Shown here piece after piece: positions 38,591 to 53,954 of a DNA stretch of 64,000 bases. Where the stretch lies: assembly GCA_951406725.2 (NCBI GenBank), contig OX597824.1:43834001-43898000 (forward strand), read 5' to 3'. Source of the DNA: Octopus vulgaris (lineage: Eukaryota). The notes under the pieces are model-generated. The model did not search any database and had not been told where the DNA came from. It saw only the letters and a list, made by a program, of their open reading frames with translations. A program made the translations under genes and the position numbers. How positions within the stretch are numbered: the first letter of the stretch is position 1; each line of letters begins with the position of its first letter.

Positions 38591-39551
38591 TGCCTAAAAA
38601 AGTTGTTAAATAGCTGTTTCACTATGTATTCTACAAGCCCTAAATTTAAACTTGCTAAATTCAGGATTTGACTTATCTCAGTGTAAGTTTGTATAAGGAT
38701 TGAAATTATAATTATTTATAATTATAAAGTGCTATTGTAATTTATCATATCGTGTGTCTTTTTTCCTTTTTAATGTCTATTATATTGTTTCTTGACTATT
38801 GTCATAGTCATGAGTCAGTTATATTTATTAAAATTCAGTCTATGTCAAGATGTCTATTTATAGCTTCACAAAATGCATGGTATATAATTAAAAACTTTTA
38901 TATTATTCTATAAATACACTTTAGGAGAAAGTATATTTGATAAAGAAGAAATATTTCTTAATACTTATTAAGGATTAATATTTGCAATGAGGATTAATCC
39001 TTTGGAGATAACAGATAACAGGGCTTTATTAAAAAACTGTTTATTTTAATAGAGAAACTTAAATGATTGTCATGTAGAGATTAAAGATGGTGTTTTAAGT
39101 ATGATTTTTTTTTTATTTCAAAGTCCAATTTTCGATTGCAAAATTGAAAACAATCAAAAAGATTCTAAACACATACTATTTTTGTTCTTAGCATAAGACA
39201 GAATTCTCTTTAAAATCTTGATGAGAAATTACCCTAGATATTATATCTGAGCAGGATTGTTTTAATATTTAAGTTTATTTATTTTTTGCTTTAATTTTCT
39301 TTTACAACAAAGTATCTTGTAAACCATTTTTGTGTTTTACTTGGTATTAATAAGTATTCTCATTCTACTAGCAAACTATGAAGGTATCTTTCATTTTCTA
39401 GTATGTTTTCATCTAAATTCAACATATTCTTTTTAGTATCATTCCAGAAATTCTATATTTATTTATACATACATTTTCATAACTTATGTACTTTCTGAGT
39501 CATCAAACATACATGTGCAACTTATTGTATACTAACATTAACCAAGCTACA

Positions 39552-39597
<46 letters not shown>

Positions 39598-40104
39598 CAC
39601 ATACATACATTGTTAGACAGTAAAATTTAACATAGAGTGAAATATTTATTCATAAAGATTCAGATATGAGAAAATAGTTATTTCTCATAAATTTTAGTTT
39701 CATGTCAAAAAACAAATGTCAGTAAAATTACTTGGCAGATCTGTAAACTTGTGACCTGATTACCTTTGTATTTCAAACAATTAATATTCTATTGCAAACT
39801 TTTGCTAATCGTCATTCTTCTTTTTTAATATTTTTCTTTCAAATTGTCTCTTTTTTAAATAGTTCTCCAAAATAATTTACTTACTCCTTATGAATGAACA
39901 TGTTTGTTGCTTTTATGTTTCAGACTAACATGTTTGTTTCTGTTCAGACCATTTCTTTTTATTTATTTATTTTTAAAATTGTTTTAACTTTATGTAATGA
40001 GAGTGTATGAGTTTGTAAATGGGTTAATTAGACAAGTGAGTTAATTCTATAGATGAAAGAGAAGAAAAATTACTATATTTTGTATTACAGTATCTCTCTC
40101 TCTT

Positions 40105-40154
<50 letters not shown>

Positions 40155-40253
40155 ACACACTCCCATTGTCCAATATATTAAAAAAATTTTCAGTGACTTC
40201 AACAGCTTGACAGAGTATTAAGATTGCTTGCAATTTAACTTTACAAAAATAGG

Positions 40254-40297
40254 ATGATGATGATGATGAAGATGATAATAATAATAATAATAATAAT

Positions 40298-40368
<71 letters not shown>
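40254..40368. repeat. Compound (ATG)(ATA)(ACA)(ATA) trinucleotide microsatellite
   Basis: Seen directly. It explains the poly-L/I/T ORFs in the track. Confidence 0.9.
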
Positions 40369-40370
<2 letters not shown>

Positions 40371-40389
40371 GTAATAACAGCAACAATAG

Positions 40390-41082
40390 TTGTTGGCATA
40401 TTGGACATACTACTTAGTGACATCTCTTCTGACTCGTTCTGAGTTCAAATCCCACCAAGGTGAACTTTGCTTTTCATCCTTACAGGGTCGATAAAATAAA
40501 GTACCAGTCAAGTACTGGGGTCAATGTAATCAATGTGCCCCCTCCCCTCAAAATTGCTAGCCTTGTGAAAAATTAGAGAGATTTTTTTTATTTTTTTTAT
40601 TAGAAGGCAGAATTGGTCAAACAAAATGCCGAGCAGCATTTAACTGTGTCTCTTTAGGTTTTGAGCTCAAATCCTGCCAAAGTCAATGTTCTCATTCATC
40701 CTTGTTGGGTGATGTAAAATTTGTACCATTCAAATTGTAGGATTGATATAATTTATATCACCTCAAAAAAAATTTAGATCTTGTACCTATAATAGGAATT
40801 ATTATTATTAAGATGATGATGATCATCATCATCATCATCATTGATGGTGGTTGGTTAGCAAAATTAGTAAAGCAACAAATGAAATACCTTTAAATATTTA
40901 GTTACAGCCCATTATATTCCATATATTCAAATTGCAAATCCCACTGAAGCTGACATTTATCCTTTTAGGGTTAATAAAAGAAAGTAACACTCAAGTATAG
41001 ACGTCCATATAACTGACTGTATCCTCCCCCAGATTTCTGGCTTTGAACCTATGTTAGAAACTATTATTATTATTATTATTAT
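40390..41082 (+). mobile_element. Cluster of three degraded SINEs with ATT-type tails
   Basis: The core gttcaaatcccaccaagg...ttttcatcctt...gataaaataaagtaccagtcaagtactggggtc recurs at ~40440, ~40665 and ~40935. The same core is at ~47990, ~55075, ~56770 and ~57560. Confidence 0.7.
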
Positions 41083-41991
41083 TATATGGAAAAATTATGA
41101 CAATTATAAGTAAGATACATTGGAATGTGGAGAAAAAGATAAGCATAAAGAAGAATTAACATGTTATTGGATGTTTATCCAATGTAGTGAAATAATCTGT
41201 AAGATGTTCTACAGTTAATTGATGCTATTGTTCTGACGGCAATGTTACTTTTACACACACAAATTCCGAAATATAGATCTAAGAGAGGAAGGATAAATGA
41301 CATAACTAAGTATTCTACTATATCTTTGTATCAGCACACAAACACACTGCTGTGTTTTTCAGTGGCTTTGTTTTCTTGTGCATATTAGTTATGTTAAAAA
41401 AAGAAATACCTACAGCACTTCATTCACTTCTGGGACTAATGCTTATGTATAAATACATACATTTCAAAAGTATATATGCATGCATATGAGTGTGATCATT
41501 CATATATATATAGGATGTACATCCATCCATCCATATATATGTATATACATACACATGTATATATCTGCATATAAACATATATATGTATGTGTATATTTAT
41601 ATGTGTGTGTGTGAGTATATATATCTGTGTGTGTGTGTGTGTGTTTCTATAAATATGTATGCATATATATTATATACACATGTTGCTTATATGAATGTAG
41701 ATGTATGCATACATGTGTGTGTGCATTTGCATATATGTGTGTGTATGTGTGTGTGTGTATATGTGTGTTTGGATGTGTGTGTGTGTAGAATTTGAATCCT
41801 GTTATCTACATAAGCAGATTTAACAAATTCTACACATTTGTCCATATATTGTATTGAAAACTTTAATGTTTATGCATGTTAACCTGAACACACATGTATT
41901 ATATGTATATACGTATGTGCGTATGAACAAGTATGTGTATACATATATACATACATATATATACTTATATATGTACAATGATGTATATCTA

Positions 41992-42049
<58 letters not shown>

Positions 42050-43479
42050 TATATATGTATATATATATATATAATGATATATACACACACACACACATAT
42101 ATAATTGTATTCGTATAATTATATGTGTGTAAAAAGTGTGTGAATGTGGAAGGAGTAAGAGAGCAAAAGAAAATTAACCTATGCACCCCAGCATTTATTC
42201 AAAGCTACGCGTATGCCTCAGTACATATACATGAATATGTGCATCAATATCTGTGTGTGTTTGTGTATATGTGTGTGTTTGTGTGTGTATGTGTGTGTTT
42301 GTGTGTCTGGGTACACACACTCATGTACAAACATACATGGGATTATATGAAACAAATACTAAAAGTCTTTTCCTACAAATATATGTGTGTCACTATAAAT
42401 ACATGATTTTGTGTGTGTGTCTGTGTGCATTCATATACTTGTGTGCATGTATATGTTTAGGTATTTGATTATATTAAATAAAATTCATGCCTGCATTAAA
42501 TAATTGTATATAAAAGATTATTAAAAAATACATTTAAATGGTTTACTATGTAAACCATTGTATACATGTCTGCTACATACTAATATCAGCAATGTACAAA
42601 CACCACATGAAACTGATAATGACAGCAATGATGATGACAGTACATGCTACCTGCAGTAAAAGATATCTCTAGGAAACAGTTACCTATTTTTCAACTTAAA
42701 CTTGCAATCAATTTAATACCTGACATGTGTTTTTATCTCCTCCCCCCCCCCCCGCTTTCTCATTATCTTTTCATATTTAATTGTTCATCAACTTTCTGCT
42801 AGTTATTTTTTAAATGATTTTAAAACAATAAGTGGTGTATGTTTATGCGTGCCTAATTACTGTTTGTTTGCTTCTTTGTTTTTTTTTAATTGTTTTTAAA
42901 TGTTACTTTTATTATTGATATTGCTGCCAAAGAAATAAATAACCTTCATATATGTTGGGAAAAGGTTAGACAAAGGCAGCTGTGTTGACAATGACTGTTT
43001 TTAGTTTCCTTTTCTTTGCTTGAACTACACACAAAAACACATATACACAGATATTACAGATGTGTGTGTGTGTGTTCGTAAACATACACAAATACCCAGA
43101 ACAAGTATTCAAGACAAATCGTTAAAATAACATTGTAATTGCAGCATTTTTCCAACTTTCTCTATTTGACTAAATATTAATATCATTATCTATCTATCTA
43201 TCTATCTATCTGTCTATCAATCTATTTATCTATCTATCTACCTATCTATCTATCTATCTATCTCTAACTTTCTGTCTATCTATCTGTTTATCACTGCTAA
43301 CACTGGTGGTTTACAAAAAAGTATTGCTGAATATCCCTGAAAATATAGGAAATATTTTACATACAGAGTTGCTGAAAGAAGGAGATTTGGATTTAGCCAT
43401 CTGCAACAAACATAGCCAATATTCTTAATTTTTGTTATATATTTCATTAAAAATTTTATTAAAATTATTAAAAAATTAT

Positions 43480-45022
<1,543 letters not shown>

Positions 45023-45752
45023 AACACGCAATTATATATACATAATATATATATTCACACATAGCATGCATGCATATATATATGTATATATGTATTTATG
45101 AATATGTGTTTTTGTTTACATATAATGTTTGTATGTGTTTATGAAAGTTTGTGTATGTGTCTGTACATGCTCATGCACACATACCCACAGCTTCTTATAC
45201 ATACTTCCACCATCTACCTATAGACTTACACATACACATGCATGCACATACACAGGTATCTTGCAGTTAAATGATTGCATATTTTAATGTTCAATAATCT
45301 TGAAAGTTTGTGAGAACACTTAAACAGTTAGTTTTAGCTTCACATTCATAAATCAATTGTCACTTGTTGAATTCAGATTCAAAAGTGCAGCTCACCAACC
45401 TGCTGTATAAAAGCTATGCATTTTTCTCTATTTACCTTTCTCCACCACAATCCACAAACACCACCACTAACTTCTATCATCTGCTCAGGTAATCAGAAAG
45501 TATCATTTCATTTCAGAATACTCCTTCCTTCATTTTTCATGTAATATGTAATTTAACATATCTATTGTCATTGGTACAAATTTAATCTTTCCTTTGCAAA
45601 AAAATGAATGTATGGAAACATACAACTGATATCATCAATGTTGACCCAAGTCTTAGGTAGAAAATTTTAGTGGAGCAGCTAGTCTAATGAAAATATTCCT
45701 CTCAAAAGAAAATTATTATCTATTTTAACAGTTTGAGTTATTTTCTCTCCTC

Positions 45753-45783
<31 letters not shown>

Positions 45784-47302
45784 GTTATATCTGAAATACA
45801 TTTTCCATATTCCAAATAACTGTTTATAAATTCATCAAAAATAAATTAATCAATATAAAATAAAGTAATAAAGTACACACATGTCCTCCTTGACCAACAA
45901 AAAGTAAATATATTTCATTAAATAACTATCTTTAAAGATTCTTACTGCTTAACTTAAATCAACTAACATGGACTAACTCTTTTAAACTAGATACTTATTC
46001 CCTGAATCTACTTAGATTAATAGACTACAACAATTAACTTGAAGTAAATCATTGTTAAATTCAAACTACAAGATTACTACTATTAGGAGTTAAATAAAGC
46101 TTTGTCTAGTTTTACTATCATAAAATATACAGTTATTACTATTTCTTGTTGGGAATTGGCCACAAAGGTTAGTCTGTCCTGTTAACATTTCATTGCTGAC
46201 AAGTTAGCTTGTTGAAATAAATTAACATGAAAGATTTGGTGTCTTATTTGAGGAGATGGATTGGCAGGCATTCTCTTGTAAAATTTCAAGTTTAAGAAAT
46301 ATGGATTGATTCCCATTAATGGACTTGTTGTTCCTTTCTGCCTCAGATTGGTGCTTATAATGGTCGCATATAATTTTTTCTAATTAGACATTTGATTGCC
46401 TAAGATAACTAAGGCTTTTGATTATACAAATACTTAAATTTACTTGTCAAGTCATAAGTAATTGAATAGTTTGGATAACGCTATATTTAGAATTTGATAA
46501 ATGAACAATTAAAGCTGCTTCAGAGATTATTACCATATTAGATATGATTTCGTCTGGAGTACTAAGACTTTAGGATTCACTCTGTGTCTTATGGTACCAA
46601 TGTATGATATCTGCTCATTTGAATATTACAAACTGTAAATGTATATATTTGTGTGTGTATATATACATGCACACACACATGCATAAGTGTATATGTATAT
46701 ATATATGCATGTATATGCATATATACATTTATATCTATGCACACACATATATATGATATATCTTTCTGTATTTAGCATACATATCTGTGTATATAAATGC
46801 ACATATGTAACTATATGTAATTATGCACAGTACATAAAAAGACACATACGCAAAAGTGCATATATGTGTAAAGATATATAAAAGTGCAAATTTATGATTT
46901 TATGTCTATACATAACCATACAATTATGCATATATATGTATGTGTATAAATGCATATATATATACACCTATATATATTTATATGTATGTATATATATGTG
47001 TGTGTATATATACATACATACCTATATATATATAATATATAAAACTAGTTTTAATGATTACTCTATAAAATCAATATAAGTGACTAAATTGGCATACATA
47101 CGCATATATACATGCACACATGCACATGCAAACACACACACACACACACTCTTTCATGTATTCACATACACAGATAGATAGATTATTATGTTTTGTAATA
47201 ATCTTTTATCCATATATACTGCAAATAATGTGAAATATGAAATGACATGATTGAATATTGTTAATTCTTTTGGAAATATATTACAATAAACCATAACAGT
47301 AT

Positions 47303-47311
47303 TAATAATAA

Positions 47312-47382
<71 letters not shown>

Positions 47383-47416
47383 GCAATAAGCAATAATAAT
47401 ACTAATGATGATGATG

Positions 47417-47461
<45 letters not shown>

Positions 47462-47463
47462 GC

Positions 47464-47493
<30 letters not shown>
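47303..47493. repeat. (AAT)n compound microsatellite
   Basis: Seen directly. Confidence 0.9.
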
Positions 47494-47494
<1 letters not shown>

Positions 47495-48944
47495 TTTCAA
47501 ACACTTTGTTTTCTACTATTGTTTATGTTTTTTGTTTATTTCTAACCAGTGTTATATTTTAGAATAACACCTCAACAAAGTATGTCGCATAATATGTAAA
47601 GTATACATTCTGAAATAGCCAGATAGGAATCGTCTACTCTAAATAAAAAAAAAACATTGCTTAAGATGATATGCGTATTCTTGCCTATCTGAGACATATC
47701 TGATAACATGGCACCTGTTTCTTTCTTCAGTGGAATTTTCAACATACTTTTGCAGTTCTTTATACAAACCAAATTATAATATGTTTTATTATAAATGAAT
47801 AATATATATATATGTGTGTGTGTGTGTGTGAATGGAACATATTTATCAAATGACTTGTGAAATAACAAGTAAATTTTGTTTATTATGGACTAATGTGTTT
47901 ATTTATTATACTAGATGATTAAATGATAATATAACTTACTATTGATAGGCTGATGAACAAAATGTCATGTGGTGTTTAGTTCATATTCTAAGCTCAAATC
48001 TCAACTTTAAAGTTTGTTATTCCAGAGCGAATAAAGTTAAGTTAGTCAAGTTTTGGGATCAATCTAATTGAGTACACTTTCCCAAAACATGTCTAGTTTT
48101 GTGTCTAAGTTACAAAACCATTTTTATTTGTATTATTGTTAATACAAACAATAGAAAATCAGGCAAGAATCTTCATAGAATGTGGCTTGATAGCTAATAT
48201 ACCTTAGCTCATCTCCTAAGATGAACTGTACATTCTGTTTATACTGTCAATGAAATAAGTATTGGTTTCATACCAAAATAAAATTGATATCTCATGTTTT
48301 GAATGTATCAATTGTAATGTATTTAGGAAAGTGTAATGATGAAAGGGAATAAAATAGTAAAGGACTGATCACAGTATATATTTTCAAGAGAATGGGGGAC
48401 CAAACACTTCTAACATCTACTTGGTATGATGTGTGAGAAAGAAATATATTTCTGAAATTGCATAGAACACATGTATAGAAAATACAAGTTTGTGTTTATA
48501 TTGATGTGTGTATGTGTGTGTGTGTATATATATAAAATATATGCATATATATATATGCATATATATATATGCATACATATATATATATACAATACTCACA
48601 CTAACATAAATCCATATATATTTAAGTAGTATATATTGTCAGTACCTCAAGTATAATTGATGATGAATGCTGGTATTTTGTCTTAAAGTTAGGAAAATAC
48701 ATATTGGAAAATAGATATCCTTAATAGATATCGTTAATCAATCTAAAACTGTCTAAATGTATCTTTTACCAAATACTTTTGCATAAAGAACTGCAAATCT
48801 GAATTCAAAATAACAGTGCTAAAAATAACTTATTTATACAGTTAAAAAAAAGAAGCATTTATTATTTCAAATTTAACTATGAACTGTTACTAAATATTTA
48901 AGAATAAAATATAGTTTACGTATGTGTGTGTGTGTATACATGTA

Positions 48945-48986
<42 letters not shown>

Positions 48987-51952
48987 GTAGATAAACTTGA
49001 ACCTTTTAGATATTATCTATTTCAATATGAAGTAAATTTGATATAAATTAGTTGCAAAAGAACAACTCTACTCAAGATCAACATTAACAAAAAGATGTCA
49101 GCAAAATCTTTGCTTAGAAATCTCTAGCTTATGCTATTGCTTGTTTAGCCATACCTTTTGCTGCATTTAATGCATATTTATTACTAATAAAAAACTGTTT
49201 AACAACACTTTTTTAATATTTTAGCCCATGTGACAGATAATGTGACCCTTGAATTCTGTGCGGTTCTAGAATATTTTACTTGATATTCTATATCTGTACA
49301 GAAAAAACATATTCTTTTAAAATATTATATAGACTTCGTTCAATTTTTTTTAATATGCTGTTGATTTCGTTTCAAATAATCTGAAGTCTTTTTACTTTAA
49401 ATAAGTTTGTAAGATATATCAGTTACGCAATGTAATACTCAAAAGTGTTTGGATAGAAAGTTTTATTTCTGGATTACTAAAATGGTTTTGTCCTAATTTA
49501 CTTTAGATTTCCTTTTTATCCACTTAATACCTATCTTTATTCTATGAAAATCTTGGTGCCATTCAAATCTAAATCAGATATGACAGCAGTAGAAATAAGA
49601 GTCCAATGTTTTTTTGAAAACCACCACTGAAGCAGCTGATGTATATGACCATTTGAATGAAGAAGCTAATGAACGCACATATAAATAGAATGGTCAGCTG
49701 GTTAAATTTATGTTCTTGCCATTCAAGACATTGGAGTTTAGAAGAAAACCTAAGCTAACAAAACTCTAAAACTTTGGTAACTTTCTAAACAATTTGACAC
49801 AAACAAAAAACAAACAAGCGAAAAACTATAAATATTCATTTTAACTTTATCTTATTATATAAATACTATATATGGCTTTCAATCTACAGTATCATATTCT
49901 TCTTTCATTTTATTACACTGCCAACTGCTATGAAGTAAAAGCCAAGAAGACAAGAACAGTGGGTTTAGGTTTCTCAGCAAAATTTCCTAGTACACTTAAT
50001 TAACCAGTTGTACCTCACTGTAAGTTATTACTTTGAAAGTACAAATGATTCTTAGCAGAATCTTTCTTTCTTAATCTTTAAAAATCTTGTCTCACATTAA
50101 AGTTTTGTTTTTCTTTTCTCTTTTTTACTGTAAATTGAACTTCCTTTGAGGAAGTTAACATAAAAGAATAACATATTTCCCTTTGGAAAGAATTCTGATG
50201 CCAAGAGCCGAAGAAAAGAAAATAACTTTTACCCTTGTAACTTTTTACATTTACATTTTACTATTTAAAAAAATAGCCTAAAAGTTGTTCAAATTTTGTC
50301 ATAAGTACTAATATTATATTTAAGGTTGTATTATGGATTTTACAAAGGGGAAGATAAGGATGTCATTTTTGTATCAAACTCTTCAACTCTTCTTCAAAGA
50401 AGTTAGTTGCCCTCTTTTCAATTGGTCAAAAAGAAATTCCTATAGGCCAGCATGGTCACAAACAGTCAACTGGAATAATTTTAAATTGGGTAAAAAAAAC
50501 TTGAATCTTTCTTCAGATTTTAGTCTCCTTAAAATGATGTGAGCTTGAAGTAAAATACAAATCCTAATGAAATTCTTTAGATAACTCAGGAATTCTTTTG
50601 AGGGTTTTGTCTTGTGGCTTTTACTAACATGCAGACTGGCAACTACTAAATATTTAGAACCAACACATTATAACTACTAAGTACCAACTATAAATCAAAA
50701 ATAACATTATATCAATTGTTATAACATGTGTTTTTGTTGATTTGTTTTTTAATATTCTTTGTACAAATATTTTTCTCATTTATGTTCTTTTTAAAAATTA
50801 AAAAGGCAATTTTTTGGGGTGGGGTGTTTTTTCCCAAAAAATTTCTTCATCTTTTTCAGCTTTAATGCAATAATGTCTGGTGAATATAATGTATATATAT
50901 ATATATGAATTGCATTTGTTTTGAATGAATGGTTGTTGTTTCTCTCTCTTTCTCTCTCTCTCTCTCTTTCTCTCTTTCTCTCTTTCTCTCTCTCCCTCTC
51001 TTATTCAAGTTCACTTGATTGCTCACTAATGTCTAGCTAAAAGTTGAAATTTGACTACTTGTTCATATACAAACAAACAAAACACTCTAAACTACAAACA
51101 TGATTATAGCATATGGCCCGTGATAGTTTTGTTAGCCAGTTGCTATATATTATGTTATTGAGGTTATCGCTCAGTTTGATCAATGTGTGAGAGCTTATGT
51201 TTATATATCTACATAAAAATAAGGGAAAGAAATATACTTTGCATTTGCTAAGGTTCGAAACGATGTTGAAGGTTTGGTATATATATATATATATTTAGCT
51301 AATCTCATGAAAAAAAGAGAAGTATTTGAAAAAATATTGTACCGTTTTTATTTTTTTGTAATTTTTTTTTCTTCTTTTCCTGTAATCAAAGGAGAAGATT
51401 TCGTAAGAAAAAAAATCTCATGAAATACAAATGGACCCTTTCAGATAACTGAATGCCTGATGAACATTTTTCACTGAAAATTTTCACTTTGGTATTTTTT
51501 TCTTTATTATGGTCAATGCAAGATTCCCTTTTAATAAAATGGTGAGTTCAAATTTATCACATGTCAAGGACATGTTTTTAGCTAGATAACATTTTTTTTC
51601 AATCTGCCAGTATTTATCCAACCTACCGACTGATTCGTCAAAATTTATAAAATATGAAAATAACAAAAAGGGAAGCTAATGGCCAAAGAGAAAAAAAAAG
51701 TGGGAATAAACTATAAAGACAATTAAGAAAAAATAAAACCATCCAAGAATACGGTCTGTATTTTTTTAACACTGACTCTCTTTTCATAGTTAGCCATTTA
51801 TATCAATTGCCCAAACTGACTGGAGTGGAATTCTATAAATAATGTAGAAACGGTTATATTAAATGTTTATCTGCACTATTATTCCTACCATTATGCTTGG
51901 GACAGCACAAAACTCTCTCTCTCCCTCTCTCTCTCCTTCTCTCTCTCTCCTT

Positions 51953-51984
<32 letters not shown>

Positions 51985-53648
51985 TCTATCTATCTATCTC
52001 TATCTGTCTTTTTTCAAAAAAACATACTGAGAAATGCATGCATTACTACAGCTTATGACTAACTGTACATTTTCAGCAAAAGATTAATATATATATATAT
52101 AATATATATATATATATACCTTTTATTTACTCCATTTTCTTTTACTAATAAAAACTTGAATTGTTCTTGTAATGAGTGTCAACAAAAACTCTTTCTCAAG
52201 ATACAGTTAAGTTATTTAATATATTACTCTTCTCTGCCAAACAAACAAAATTACATAACAAAATATAGAAAAAGAAATCAAAAGAGAAACAAACAAGCAA
52301 AATCTGTCCCCACCACCAGCCATCCTAACACACACACCATACATTCATTCTCTTAAACATGTGTTTTAAGATTTTTCTAGAAATTAAAAAGGGTATATGG
52401 AGATTTTAAAAAATATAGTAGTTCTTGGGAAGAGAAAAATAAAAAGATGGGACAAAAAAATCTCTATTGAAGAATAGTCTCAAAAAAATAAATTAAATGA
52501 AAAATTTTTAAAAATATAAAAGCTAAAACAACAAAATGCAAAAATTACAAAAAAAAAAAGAAAGAAAATTCCAAATGCAAAAAAAAAGTGAATTAATTTT
52601 CAGTCTGCTCTACCAAACATTCTACATTCTCTTACACTATCCATGTAACGAAATGAATAAACTTGTTTTCCCAGCTCTTAATGTGTTCAATTGAAATTCT
52701 CTTTCTTGCACTTCTTTTTCCTTGTCTGATTTCTCTTCACACCTACCACAAATGCTATAAGCACTCTACTTTCAGTGCTTCACTTTTCAGCACTTCATTT
52801 TTCAGCACTTCTCTTTTCACTATGATGATTTTGCAAATGACAAGTTAATTTCTTTTTAATTTATCATCTTAATAATTTTTTTCATGGAAAATATTTATTT
52901 TAGGATTATTTTAATAAAAATTTTTTAAGTATTCTTTTATTTTAGTATGGATTGCTTTCCCTATAAGTGTTGATATCTATTTATTGTTAGGAGAAACAGA
53001 GTTGTTTGGTTGCTTTCTTTTAAATGTCTTCTTCTATGTCTAATGTGGATTAAAGCTGTATTGAAGACAAGGATATATATTCTACTTGCATGAGTGTGGA
53101 TAAAGAGAAAATATTATACATAGCTATTTTGTTATCAGTAGGAGTTGCAATAGCTAAGAAAATAAGCATTATACCTCTGTTAATTTAAGTTAAAAAGTTT
53201 AAAAAAGTTTTAAAATTGTGTTTTAGACAAAGTATTGATTTCACTTTGCTCCATCTCCATAACAAGTAGAAGAGTAATGTAAACAGCTTAGACTTAGCGA
53301 AAGGCATTTAAAAGTAACTGAAGGGATGATGAGATGGTTGGCTATGATAAGATGGTTGAAAGCCTGCAGTGGTATGTTTGAAACTGTAAAGCCATGGTGA
53401 GGATATACTAACATGTTGGTACATATAAGATTAAATTGTGTCATTTGATGATTAATTCTCAGATGAAAGTAATTGGATGAATAGTTTTGATATAAGTGTT
53501 TGACCATACAATCTTATGACTGCAAATATTTAATAAAAAAAAAAATTATAAACAAAAGCTAATCAGGTCTTTGTTTTACAGTCAACTCTTTATAGCACAA
53601 TTATAGCAATATCCACAACAGAAATTAACTTTTCATAACCCTTTAACA

Positions 53649-53954
53649 CAGTGGTTCCCAAACTTTTGCAGGTTGCAACCTCCTTAACACCCATTCCTAG
53701 TACCTCTACCCCAACTAACCATCACAAACATAAACCTCTTTCAAAAGCAAATTCAAAGCAACTGTATTTCATAGATAAAACTTGACCAAATGAACCCATT
53801 ATTTTGTTATTTTTACATAAATTGCTACTCCATTATCGTCCCACTTCTTACATGAATCGTTCCCCCATTATCACTCCACTTTTCTTCAATGCCCCCTTGG
53901 AACTTTCCACCCCCCACCCCCAAGGAGCAATACCGCCCACTTTGGGAACCACTG
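53649..53954. mobile_element. hAT MITE, same family as 21566-21896, opposite orientation
   Basis: TIRs CAGTGGTTCCCAAA and TTTGGGAACCACTG. TSD ctttaaca / ctttagca. The interior (aaagcaactgtatttcatagataaaacttgaccaaatgaacccatt) is the near reverse complement of ~21742-21787. Confidence 0.9.
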
